A stretch of DNA of 63,472 nt from an uncultured Clostridia bacterium (lineage in GTDB: Bacteria; Bacillota; Clostridia; Christensenellales; CAG-138), in assembly GCA_944336625.1 (NCBI GenBank), contig CALVLF010000113.1, positions 1 through 63,472 of the forward strand, given 5' to 3'. The notes under the pieces were generated by a model. The model had not been told where the DNA came from, ran no database searches, and worked only from the letters and a program-made list of their open reading frames with translations. The position numbers were made by a program, and so were the translations under genes. Positions 18,763 through 27,324 of the stretch are shown piece after piece. Numbering within the stretch: position 1 is the stretch's first letter; each line of letters starts with the position of its first letter.

Positions 18763-19877
18763 CAGGCGGCCTTGTTTTTGATCCTGCCAAGGGCTTTGTA
18801 GAGCGGGATGTGTGCATCCAGGGGGGTAAGATCGCCGCCTGCGCACAAGATCCTGTGGATGTAGGCGGCTGCTGGGTAATTCCGGGGCTGACGGATCTGC
18901 ATTTCCACGGCTGCCGCGGCGCGGATTTTTCCGATGGCGAGGCGGAAGGCCTGCGGGAGATGGCGGCCTATGAGCTTTCCCGGGGCGTTACCCAGATCTG
19001 CCCCGCCGGTATGACACTGGCGGAAGAGCAGCTGGTAAAAATATGCCAGGTTGCCGCAGCGCATCGGGCTTCTGGCGCCCCTGGCGCGGAGCTGGTAGGC
19101 ATAAACCTGGAAGGGCCCTTCCTTTCCAAGGCAAAAAAAGGCGCCCAGAACGAAGAATGGCTGCAAGCCCCCAATCTTCCGCTGCTGGAAAAGTTGATGG
19201 AGGCCTCTCAAGGCCTGGTGGCGCTGGTCTCCGTAGCGCCGGAGCTGGAAGGGGCGCAGGAATTCATCCGGGCGGCCAGCAAAATGGCCGTGGTGAGCCT
19301 GGCGCATACCGCTGCGGATTATGATACGGCCCTCACTGCCTTTCAAAATGGCGCCCGGGAAGTGACCCATATCTATAATGGCATGCTTCCCTTTGCCCAT
19401 CGGGAGCCCGGCGTGGTAGGGGCGGCGGCCGATAGCCCGGAGGTCATGTGCGAAATCATCTGCGATGGGGTGCATATTCATCCTTCCGTGGTGCGGGCTA
19501 CATTTCGCCTGATGGGCCCGCAGCGGATGGTTCTTATCAGCGATACCATGCGGGCTGCCGGCATGCCGGACGGGGAATATACCCTGGGGGGCCAGGCAGT
19601 AACCGTTAAAGGAAACCGGGCCACGCTTACGGGAAGCGGCTCGCTGGCCGGTTCCGTTACGGACCTGATGGCCTGTATGATCACGGCCGTGTCCTTTGGT
19701 ATCCCCCTGGCGGATGCTGTTACGGCAGCCGCTGTAAACCCGGCCAAAGTGCTGGGGATCTATCACCGGGTTGGCAGCATAGAAGAAGGCAAGGATGCAA
19801 ACCTGGTGGTATTGCGAAAGGATCTGTCCATACAGGCGGTCCTGTTCCGGGGAAATGTGGTCCATGGCTCCCTGTAG
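18753..19877 (+). CDS. nagA: N-acetylglucosamine-6-phosphate deacetylase
   Basis: DLHFHGCRGADF metal site, amidohydrolase fold, overlaps the nagB stop. Confidence 0.9.
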   Translation: MRLTGGLVFDPAKGFVERDVCIQGGKIAACAQDPVDVGGCWVIPGLTDLHFHGCRGADFSDGEAEGLREMAAYELSRGVTQICPAGMTLAEEQLVKICQVAAAHRASGAPGAELVGINLEGPFLSKAKKGAQNEEWLQAPNLPLLEKLMEASQGLVALVSVAPELEGAQEFIRAASKMAVVSLAHTAADYDTALTAFQNGAREVTHIYNGMLPFAHREPGVVGAAADSPEVMCEIICDGVHIHPSVVRATFRLMGPQRMVLISDTMRAAGMPDGEYTLGGQAVTVKGNRATLTGSGSLAGSVTDLMACMITAVSFGIPLADAVTAAAVNPAKVLGIYHRVGSIEEGKDANLVVLRKDLSIQAVLFRGNVVHGSL

Positions 19878-20054
19878 CCAAAATAATAAATTATTTTAAG
19901 GGCCCAGGGCTACTCCATTTCCATAGCTTGGGCGCCCCAAAAAAAGGAGGAAGATCCGCTGGCCAGCGGTGCGGCAGTGTGGAGACCTGTCGTAAAGCGC
20001 CGCGCGCTTTTCATGGCGCGGGCGGGAGGGGTTCTGTGCGGAGGCAGGGGCCCT

Positions 20055-21191
20055 ATGGCCGGAATGATGTCTACTGTATCCCTGCAAAACGTCAAAAAGA
20101 TTTACGACAACGACGTGACGGCTGTCCACGATTTCAATCTGGAAATCGCGGATAAGGAATTTATCGTCCTGGTAGGCCCATCGGGCTGCGGCAAGTCTAC
20201 CACCCTGCGCATGGTTGCAGGGCTGGAGGAGATCAGCGAGGGCTCCCTGTATATCGACGGCGCCCTTGTGAACGATGTAGAGCCCAAGGACCGGGATATT
20301 GCCATGGTGTTCCAAAGCTACGCCCTTTACCCCCACATGACGGTGCGGGAGAATATGGAGTTCCCCCTCAAGCTTAAAAAAATGCCCCGGGAGGAGATCA
20401 ATGCCCGGGTAAAGGATGCGGCGGAAATCCTGGGCATTACTGAGTATCTGGAGCGCAAGCCCAAAGCCCTTTCCGGCGGCCAGCGGCAGCGGGTAGCCAT
20501 TGGCCGGGCTATTGTGCGGGAGCCTAAGGTGCTGCTCATGGATGAGCCCCTATCCAACCTGGATGCCAAGCTGCGCAACCAGATGCGTGCGGAGATCATT
20601 AAGCTCCGCCAGCGCATCAATACCACCTTCATCTACGTCACCCACGATCAGACCGAGGCCATGACCCTGGGGGATCGCATCGTGATTATGAAGGATGGAT
20701 TTATCCAGCAGACCGGCACGCCCCAAGAAGTGTTTAACCATCCGGCCAATATATTCGTAGCGGGCTTTATTGGCACGCCCCAGATGAACTTTTTCGATGC
20801 CAAGCTGCTTAAAAAAGGCAGCAACGCATACCAAGCGGAAATCGAAGGAAAGCCCATCCCGCTGGCGCAGCCGCTTCAGGATGCCCTGGCTGGCGCCGGG
20901 GTGGAAAGCCAGGACGTAGTCCTGGGAATCCGGCCGGAGCATATCCGTTTTGCCGCAGATGCATCGGGCGAAGGGGTGCTCCAGGGCATGGTAGAGGTTT
21001 CCGAAATGATGGGAAGCGAATACTATCTGCATGTCAACTGCGAAGAAAAGGACGTGGTGCTGCGGATACCTACTGCGGACCTGCCGGTTGAACTGCGGAG
21101 TGGAATTCAGTACGGGACCCAGATGCATTTCACCTTCCATCCGGAATCCATACATTTATTCTCTAAAGAGACGGAGAAGAACCTGATCTGA
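20055..21191 (+). CDS. MsmK/MalK/UgpC-type sugar ABC ATPase (probable energiser of the sialic-acid permease pair)
   Basis: GPSGCGKST, LSGGQRQRVAIGRA, and a C-terminal MalK-like regulatory domain. Start at MAGMMST after ggagg. Confidence 0.88.
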   Translation: MAGMMSTVSLQNVKKIYDNDVTAVHDFNLEIADKEFIVLVGPSGCGKSTTLRMVAGLEEISEGSLYIDGALVNDVEPKDRDIAMVFQSYALYPHMTVRENMEFPLKLKKMPREEINARVKDAAEILGITEYLERKPKALSGGQRQRVAIGRAIVREPKVLLMDEPLSNLDAKLRNQMRAEIIKLRQRINTTFIYVTHDQTEAMTLGDRIVIMKDGFIQQTGTPQEVFNHPANIFVAGFIGTPQMNFFDAKLLKKGSNAYQAEIEGKPIPLAQPLQDALAGAGVESQDVVLGIRPEHIRFAADASGEGVLQGMVEVSEMMGSEYYLHVNCEEKDVVLRIPTADLPVELRSGIQYGTQMHFTFHPESIHLFSKETEKNLI

Positions 21192-21207
21192 CATTCTTAT
21201 TCCTTCA

Positions 21208-21236
21208 AACCCCCGCTTTAAAATGCGGGGGTTTTA
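21208..21236. terminator. bidirectional terminator hairpin, copy 1
   Basis: aacccccgctttaaaatgcgggggtttta: 7-bp GC stem flanked by A- and T-runs. Confidence 0.8.
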
Positions 21237-21437
21237 GCGTGTCGAAAAAGCGGCCTAAAAAGCCGCTTTTTCGAGTTTTGCAGCTTTGGCTTGTTCGTTC
21301 CTCACGGCCAGCCAAAGCTGCAAGGAAACCCTTGCTACGCAAGGCCTTTCGCTCGCGCCGCGCGTGTCGCCACTCGCGATTAAAAGCCGCCGGGGGCTGC
21401 GGCCCCCGAACCCCCAGCGGGTTTTTTTGACAGTCTG
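21237..21437 (+). repeat. 201-bp hairpin-rich non-coding insert bracketed by a duplicated terminator (MITE/REP-like)
   Basis: Serial perfect hairpins (cgaaaaagcggc/gccgctttttcg, gcagctttggc/gccaaagctgc, cggggg/cccccg). The internal ORF (21239-21430) is an R/K/A-rich artefact. Confidence 0.65.
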
Positions 21438-21467
21438 AACCCCCCGCTTTAAAATGCGGGGGTTTTA
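21438..21467. terminator. bidirectional terminator hairpin, copy 2
   Basis: Same sequence as 21208-21236 with one extra c. Confidence 0.8.
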
Positions 21468-21567
21468 TATGCCTTTTGCTAAGCGAAGGGACAGCAGGCC
21501 TTACGGACCGCTGTCCCTATGAATTGTGCCCATAGCGAAAATGGACAGGCAGGTTCGGACGTTTCTT

Positions 21568-23583
21568 TTACAGGTTTTTTACGAACAGGGCCCGGATGGC
21601 ATTGAGAACGGCAATGACCATCACGCCCACATCCGCAAAGATGGCCAGCCACATATTGGCAATGCCCAGGGCGCCCAGCAGCAGGCAAACCAGCTTAACG
21701 CCAATGGCAAAAACGATATTCTGATAAACAATGCGCAAGCATTTGCGGGATATACGGATGGCCTTGGCAATCTTCATGGGATCATCGTCCATCAGGACTA
21801 CATCTGCCGCTTCGATGGCAGCATCGGACCCCATGGCTCCCATGGCGATGCCAATATCCGCCCGGCGCAGGACGGGCGCGTCGTTGATACCGTCTCCCAC
21901 GAAGGCCAGTTTGGCTTTTTCCGGTTTGCTGTGAAGCAGGGCTTCCACCTTTTCCACCTTATCCGCTGGCAGGAGCTGGCTGTATACCTGATCAATGCCC
22001 AACTCCTTGGCCACCTGTTGGGCTACATTGTCCGCATCCCCAGTGAGCATGATAGTTTTTTGGATACCTGTTGCCTTCAGGGCCGTCATTGCTTCCTTGG
22101 CCCGGGGCTTTAGCACATCGGAAATAACGATATGCCCTGCATATTTTCCATCGATAGCCATATGGATGATGGTGCCCACGCTATGGCAGCGAATATAGGG
22201 GATTCCTAGCAGGTCCATCAGCTTATCATTGCCCGCGGCCACGGAAAGGCCATCTACCTTGGCGACAATGCCCTTTCCACCGAGCTCCTGTATATCCGTC
22301 ACCCGGCTGCGGTCGATCTCCTTGCCATATGCCCGCTGCAGGCTTTTGCTGATGGGGTGGGAGGAAGAGCTTTCCACCAGCGCCGCCAGCCCGAGCAGCT
22401 TTTCGTTTTCCATGGCGTTGTGATGGATGCCATTGACCTCGAATACTCCCTGCGTCAGGGTACCTGTCTTATCAAAAACGACAATCTTGGTTTGGGACAG
22501 GGTTTCCAGATAGTTGGAGCCCTTTACCAGAACGCCTTCCTTACTGGCGCCGCCGATTCCGGCAAAGAAGGAAAGGGGGATGCTGATGACCAGGGCACAG
22601 GGGCAGGAGATAACCAAGAAAGTCAGGGCCCGGTAGATCCATATATTCCAGCTGGCGGGCATACCCAGGGCCAGCATGCGCACCAGAGGCGGGAGCAGGG
22701 CTAGGGCCAGAGCCGCTATACATACCGCCGGCGTATAGACCCGGGCAAACTTGGAGATAAAGTTTTCCGACTTGGATTTACGGGAGCTGGCGTTTTCCAC
22801 CAGATCCAATATTTTGGATACGGTAGACTCCCCAAATTCCTTGGTCGTGCGTATTTTCAGCAGGCCGGTCATGTTGATGCAGCCGCTGGTGATCGCGTCT
22901 CCCGCCTGTATATCCCGGGGCAGGCTTTCGCCGGTGAGAGCAGCGGTATTCAAGCTGGAAACCCCCTCTATCACCACGCCGTCAATGGGTACCTTTTCCC
23001 CGGGCTGTACAAGGATAGTGCTGCCGATGGCCACCGCATCCGGATCTACCCGCTCCAGCTTACCATCCCGCTCTATATTGGCATAGTCTGGCCGGATATC
23101 CATCAGCTCGCTGATATTCCGCCGGCTCTTGCCAACGGCATAGCCTTGGAACCATTCGCCAATTTGATAAAAAAGCATGACGGCGATGGCTTCCGTATAG
23201 TCGCCACTTTTCCCATAAAGGGCCAGGGCGATGGCGCCCACCGTGGCAATGGCCATTAAAAAGCTTTCATCAAAAATTTGCCGGTTCTTTATGCCCTTAA
23301 AGGCCTTGATGAGAATATCATAGCCGATAATCAGATAATCGGCCAGATAGAGGAGCAGGCGCATCCAGTAGCCTGCGCCGGGCATAAGGGCATCTGCCGC
23401 GTCATAGACCCACTCCGGCAGAAGTTGCAGAACCAGCAGGTATACCGTGGCCAGTAAGATGCGGCCCAGGGTCTTTTTCTGCTTTTTCATCATGCCGCTC
23501 TTGCCCCGGCAACCCCAAAGCAGCAGGCCAGCTGCCATGAGGATGATAACGCCAAACAGGATATTTATAATAAGCTCTTGCAT
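21568..23583 (-). CDS. heavy-metal (Cd/Zn/Co-type) translocating P1B-type ATPase lacking a fused N-terminal metal-binding domain
   Basis: CPC motif (SCPCALVIS), DKTGTLT, GDGINDAP, 671 aa. Confidence 0.9.
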   Translation of the reverse strand: MQELIINILFGVIILMAAGLLLWGCRGKSGMMKKQKKTLGRILLATVYLLVLQLLPEWVYDAADALMPGAGYWMRLLLYLADYLIIGYDILIKAFKGIKNRQIFDESFLMAIATVGAIALALYGKSGDYTEAIAVMLFYQIGEWFQGYAVGKSRRNISELMDIRPDYANIERDGKLERVDPDAVAIGSTILVQPGEKVPIDGVVIEGVSSLNTAALTGESLPRDIQAGDAITSGCINMTGLLKIRTTKEFGESTVSKILDLVENASSRKSKSENFISKFARVYTPAVCIAALALALLPPLVRMLALGMPASWNIWIYRALTFLVISCPCALVISIPLSFFAGIGGASKEGVLVKGSNYLETLSQTKIVVFDKTGTLTQGVFEVNGIHHNAMENEKLLGLAALVESSSSHPISKSLQRAYGKEIDRSRVTDIQELGGKGIVAKVDGLSVAAGNDKLMDLLGIPYIRCHSVGTIIHMAIDGKYAGHIVISDVLKPRAKEAMTALKATGIQKTIMLTGDADNVAQQVAKELGIDQVYSQLLPADKVEKVEALLHSKPEKAKLAFVGDGINDAPVLRRADIGIAMGAMGSDAAIEAADVVLMDDDPMKIAKAIRISRKCLRIVYQNIVFAIGVKLVCLLLGALGIANMWLAIFADVGVMVIAVLNAIRALFVKNL

Positions 23584-23698
23584 GGTACAAGCTCTCCTTT
23601 CATCGCTTCACATCTTCGTTCCCCGGCGGAGGCCCTTCGGGCGCGGAAGATCGCGGGTGCCGTTTAGGCGCTTTTCCTGTGCCGGGCGGGATGCGGAA

Positions 23699-23917
23699 TT
23701 AAATATAGATCTCGCAGTCATCCTCCACTTTTTTACAGTTGGCGCGGACCTGCTGCATGACGGATTTAGGATCCTGCCCTTCTTCGAAATCCACATGCAT
23801 CTTCAGGGCCATAAAATTGACGGTGGCGTCCTTGACCCCAGGGGTCTTTTGGGCAGCAGCTTCCATTTTATTGGCGCAGTTGGCGCAATCTACTTCGATG
23901 GCATAGGTCTTTTTCAT
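23699..23917 (-). CDS. small heavy-metal-associated (HMA) domain protein
   Basis: MKKTYAIEVDCANCANKME with a CxxC pair. SD aaaggag. Lies upstream of, and on the same strand as, the ATPase. Confidence 0.75.
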   Translation of the reverse strand: MKKTYAIEVDCANCANKMEAAAQKTPGVKDATVNFMALKMHVDFEEGQDPKSVMQQVRANCKKVEDDCEIYI

Positions 23918-23932
23918 AAAAACTCCTTTCGG

Positions 23933-23999
23933 CAATCTATAATTAAATAGTTGCTTAATTGTTTGATTGTAGTATATACGCTCCATCGCTTTCGGTCAA
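23933..23999 (-). promoter_or_regulatory. promoter plus imperfect 14/15-nt inverted repeat upstream of the HMA-ATPase operon (ArsR/SmtB-type operator candidate)
   Basis: Minus strand: TTGACC, 17 nt, TATACT, then caatcaaacaattaa-gcaactat-ttaattatagattg. Confidence 0.35.
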
Positions 24000-24233
24000 T
24001 GGGTGCGCCGACATTGCTCCTGTTTGGGAAAAAAGGGTTTCCAATTGGGCGAAAGCGGGCCGGATGCGAAACCGGCAGGAAAGGTTCCGTGCCTATCTAT
24101 ATCCTTGCAGCTAGGGAGGCATAGAGGCGAATAGAGGCGAAGTTATGTACAGGGACGTATTGGCCTGCGCAGGACAGGGGAAACTTTTTCTAAAAAAACT
24201 ATTGCTTTTTTCTTCGCTTGTATTATACTAATA

Positions 24234-24256
24234 ATACCCACCCCCCGTATGGGTAT
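24234..24256 (+). promoter_or_regulatory. CsoR-type operator candidate upstream of copA
   Basis: ataccca-ccccccgta-tgggtat: 7-bp perfect inverted arms around a C-rich spacer, 20 nt upstream of the copA ATG. Confidence 0.55.
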
Positions 24257-24276
24257 ATTGAAAGGAGTTTGCGATC

Positions 24277-26919
24277 ATGCAGGAACGATATGATATAACG
24301 GGTATGTCCTGTGCCGCATGTTCATCTCGTGTGGAAAAAAGCGTCTGCGCCCTGCCAGGTATAAAGGAAGTATCTGTAAATCTGCTGAAAAATAGCATGG
24401 TGGTGGATTATGATGAAGATATGCTCAGCAGTAACAAAATCATCGATGCCGTAGAAAAGGCCGGTTATGGCGCCGCTCTGCAGGGTGGCAAGGAAACAGC
24501 TGGCAAAAAGGCCGCCAGCGCCCCGGGGAATGACATCCAAAAAGAATATCAAAGCATGAAGCGGCGGGTTATCTGGTCCTTCGTATTTACGGTGCCGCTA
24601 TTTTATATTTCCATGGGGCATATGATGGGCTGGCCTCTGCCCTCTATCTTTCTGGGCACGGAAAACGCCATGATCTATGCCCTGACCCTGTTCCTGCTGG
24701 CTCTGCCGGTGGCGGTCATCAATGGAAAGTATTACCGTGTGGGCTTTAAGACCCTGTTTCAGGGGGCGCCCAACATGGATTCCCTTATCGCCCTGGGCTC
24801 TGGGGCTTCCCTGGTCTATGGCGTTTATGCCCTATATAAGATCGCCTTTGGATTGGGACATGGGGATATGGCTATGGTACATCAATTTTCCCATGATCTC
24901 TATTTCGAAGGCGCCGGGACGATCCTCACGCTGATTACCCTGGGCAAATTCTTCGAGGCGCGGGCTAAGGGAAAGACCTCCGATGCTATCAACAAGCTTC
25001 TCAATATGGCCCCGAAAACGGCCCGGTTGCTCCGTGATGGACGGGAAAGCACCGTTCCTGTGGAAGAGGTAGCTGCGGGGGATGTGCTTATTGTGAAAGC
25101 GGGGGAGTCCATACCAGTAGACGGCATTCTCCTGGAGGGCCATGCCTCCATTGACGAATCCGCTATTACCGGCGAAAGCATCCCTGTAGATAAGCAGCCG
25201 GGGGATAAGGTAATCGGCGCTACCATTAACAAAAGCGGTTATTTCAAAATGCAGGCCACCCGGGTGGGGGATGAGACTGCCCTGGCCCAGATTATTCGCC
25301 TGGTGGATGACGCTACTAGCTCAAAAGCGCCCATCGCTAAGCTGGCGGATAAGGTAGCGGGCATATTCGTGCCCATTGTCATCGGCATCGCGATCATCGC
25401 AGCTATCGCCTGGCTGATCTATGGGGAGACCTTTGAATTCGCCCTGACCATTGCCGTGTCCGTTCTGGTAGTATCCTGCCCCTGTGCTCTGGGCCTTGCC
25501 ACCCCTACGGCTATTATGGTGGGAACAGGCCGGGGCGCAACAAACGGCATTTTGATCAAATCTGCCGAGGCTCTGGAGACTGCCCATTCCGTACAGACGG
25601 TAGTTCTGGATAAGACCGGTACCATTACCCAGGGTAAGCCCGTGGTTACCGATGTGGTGAGCCAGGAGGAAATGGGGGAGGAGAAGTTCCTACAGCTGGC
25701 CGCCTCTCTGGAAAAACTTTCGGAGCATCCCCTGGCGGCGGCCATCGTGGAAGAGGCCCAAAAGCGGAATATCTCTTTCCTGCCTGTGGAAGGCTTTGAA
25801 CAGATACCCGGCCAGGGTATCCGCGGAACAGTGGCGGGCGTAGCCTGCCTAGGAGGCAATCATAAAATGATGGAAGCCTTTTCCATCCAGGATAGAGAAG
25901 TGCAGGGCCTGCAGGATAAGATGGCCGAGGAGGGAAAAACGCCTCTGTTCTTCGCTGCAAACGGCAGGCTGATAGGCATGGTTGCCGTAGCGGATACGGT
26001 CAAACCCACCAGTAAGGCCGCCATTGCGGAGCTGAAGCGTATGGGCATTGAAGTGGTCATGCTCACCGGTGATCATCAAAAGACGGCCGAGGCCATCCGC
26101 AGGGAGGTAGGGGTGGACCGGGTCATTGCAGAGGTATTGCCCCAGGATAAGGAGCGGGAGATCCGCAAAATCCAGGAATCCGGGAAAAAGGTGGCTATGG
26201 TGGGAGATGGCATCAACGATGCCCCTGCCCTTGCCCGGGCAGATGTAGGCATTGCGATTGGTGCAGGCACGGACATCGCCATGGAATCCGCCGATATCGT
26301 TCTGATGAAGAACGACCTGCTGGATGTGAGCGGGGCTATCGAGCTGAGCAAGGCGACCATCCGGAATATCAAGGAAAACCTGTTTTGGGCTTTCTTCTAT
26401 AATGTCATCGGCATCCCGATTGCAGCCGGGTGCTACTATGTAGCCTTTAGCCTGAAAATGAGCCCCATGATTGCGGCCCTGGCTATGAGCTTTAGCTCCG
26501 TATTCGTGGTGAGCAATGCCCTGCGGCTGCGCTTCTTTAAGCCAAAACATGGCAGCTCTGCCCCTGCCCACCGGCAAGAGGCGGCAGCTGAAGTGGCTCC
26601 TGCCAGCCATGTTCTGCCCCGGGCAGCCACCGAGGAAACCCCGGCTGCAGAGCAGGCAGATAAAACCAATAAAAATGCAAAAAATGGAGGTATTGCAATG
26701 AAAAAGGAAATTATGGTAGAAGGTATGATGTGCCAGAACTGCGTAAAGCATGTTACCCGGGCGCTGGAAGGCATCCCCGGAGCGACGGACGTGCATGTGG
26801 ATCTAGCTACTAAGAAGGCTACGGTTACCCTGCCTTCCGGAACGGAAGATACAGTTCTGAAGGCGGCGATTACCGATGCCGGCTATGAAGTGACGGGGAT
26901 TGAGACCCATGAAAGCTGA
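24277..26919 (+). CDS. copA: copper-translocating P1B-type ATPase with an N-terminal HMA and an additional C-terminal CopZ-like HMA domain
   Basis: GMSCAACSSRVEK, CPC (SCPCALGLA), DKTGTIT, GDGINDAP. The C-terminal 73 aa MKKEIMVEGMMCQNCVKHV follow a low-complexity linker. Confidence 0.92.
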   Translation: MQERYDITGMSCAACSSRVEKSVCALPGIKEVSVNLLKNSMVVDYDEDMLSSNKIIDAVEKAGYGAALQGGKETAGKKAASAPGNDIQKEYQSMKRRVIWSFVFTVPLFYISMGHMMGWPLPSIFLGTENAMIYALTLFLLALPVAVINGKYYRVGFKTLFQGAPNMDSLIALGSGASLVYGVYALYKIAFGLGHGDMAMVHQFSHDLYFEGAGTILTLITLGKFFEARAKGKTSDAINKLLNMAPKTARLLRDGRESTVPVEEVAAGDVLIVKAGESIPVDGILLEGHASIDESAITGESIPVDKQPGDKVIGATINKSGYFKMQATRVGDETALAQIIRLVDDATSSKAPIAKLADKVAGIFVPIVIGIAIIAAIAWLIYGETFEFALTIAVSVLVVSCPCALGLATPTAIMVGTGRGATNGILIKSAEALETAHSVQTVVLDKTGTITQGKPVVTDVVSQEEMGEEKFLQLAASLEKLSEHPLAAAIVEEAQKRNISFLPVEGFEQIPGQGIRGTVAGVACLGGNHKMMEAFSIQDREVQGLQDKMAEEGKTPLFFAANGRLIGMVAVADTVKPTSKAAIAELKRMGIEVVMLTGDHQKTAEAIRREVGVDRVIAEVLPQDKEREIRKIQESGKKVAMVGDGINDAPALARADVGIAIGAGTDIAMESADIVLMKNDLLDVSGAIELSKATIRNIKENLFWAFFYNVIGIPIAAGCYYVAFSLKMSPMIAALAMSFSSVFVVSNALRLRFFKPKHGSSAPAHRQEAAAEVAPASHVLPRAATEETPAAEQADKTNKNAKNGGIAMKKEIMVEGMMCQNCVKHVTRALEGIPGATDVHVDLATKKATVTLPSGTEDTVLKAAITDAGYEVTGIETHES

Positions 26920-27172
26920 TAGGGCTCGCATCGCCCGTTCTATCAAGATCGCCCGGGGGCAGCTGGATGGCGTTTTGAAAATGATCGAGGAAGATCGCTA
27001 CTGCGTAGATATTTCCAACCAGATTATGGCTACCCAGGCTATTTTGAAAAACGCGAACCGGGAAATCCTATACGCCCATATTCGCAGTTGTGTCCGGGAA
27101 GGGCTGCAAACGGAGGAGCCCAACCCGAAGCTGGAAGAAGCCCTTTCCCTTTTGGAAAAGCTCATTCCCTGA
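26909..27172 (+). CDS. csoR: CsoR-family metal-sensing repressor
   Basis: DUF156 pattern with a C...H...C triad (RYCVDIS...HIRSC). ATG overlaps the copA stop. Confidence 0.85.
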   Translation: MKADRARIARSIKIARGQLDGVLKMIEEDRYCVDISNQIMATQAILKNANREILYAHIRSCVREGLQTEEPNPKLEEALSLLEKLIP

Positions 27173-27186
27173 AAAGAGGCATCAGC

Positions 27187-27226
27187 GCCCTGCCCAGGAT
27201 TTTCCTGGGCAGGGCAGGGCTTTTTT
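27187..27226 (+). terminator. Rho-independent terminator after csoR
   Basis: gccctgcccagg / cctgggcagggc 12-bp stem, then a T-run. Confidence 0.75.
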
Positions 27227-27324
27227 ATAAAACAAGGGAACGCCGGCTTTGTAGCGCGCCTTGGCGCTGCCTATGTCCTTTCCAACAGGGAAGCATGCCG
27301 TAAAAATAAAAGGGAGGAACTGTT

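Noticed and set aside
24121-24140. Tandem decamer atagaggcga x2 (and other short direct repeats such as atttaaatt x2 at about 63268-63285) as a CRISPR or iteron array.
   Set aside because: Only two units, no spacers, no cas genes. Too short to separate from chance or a simple slippage duplication.
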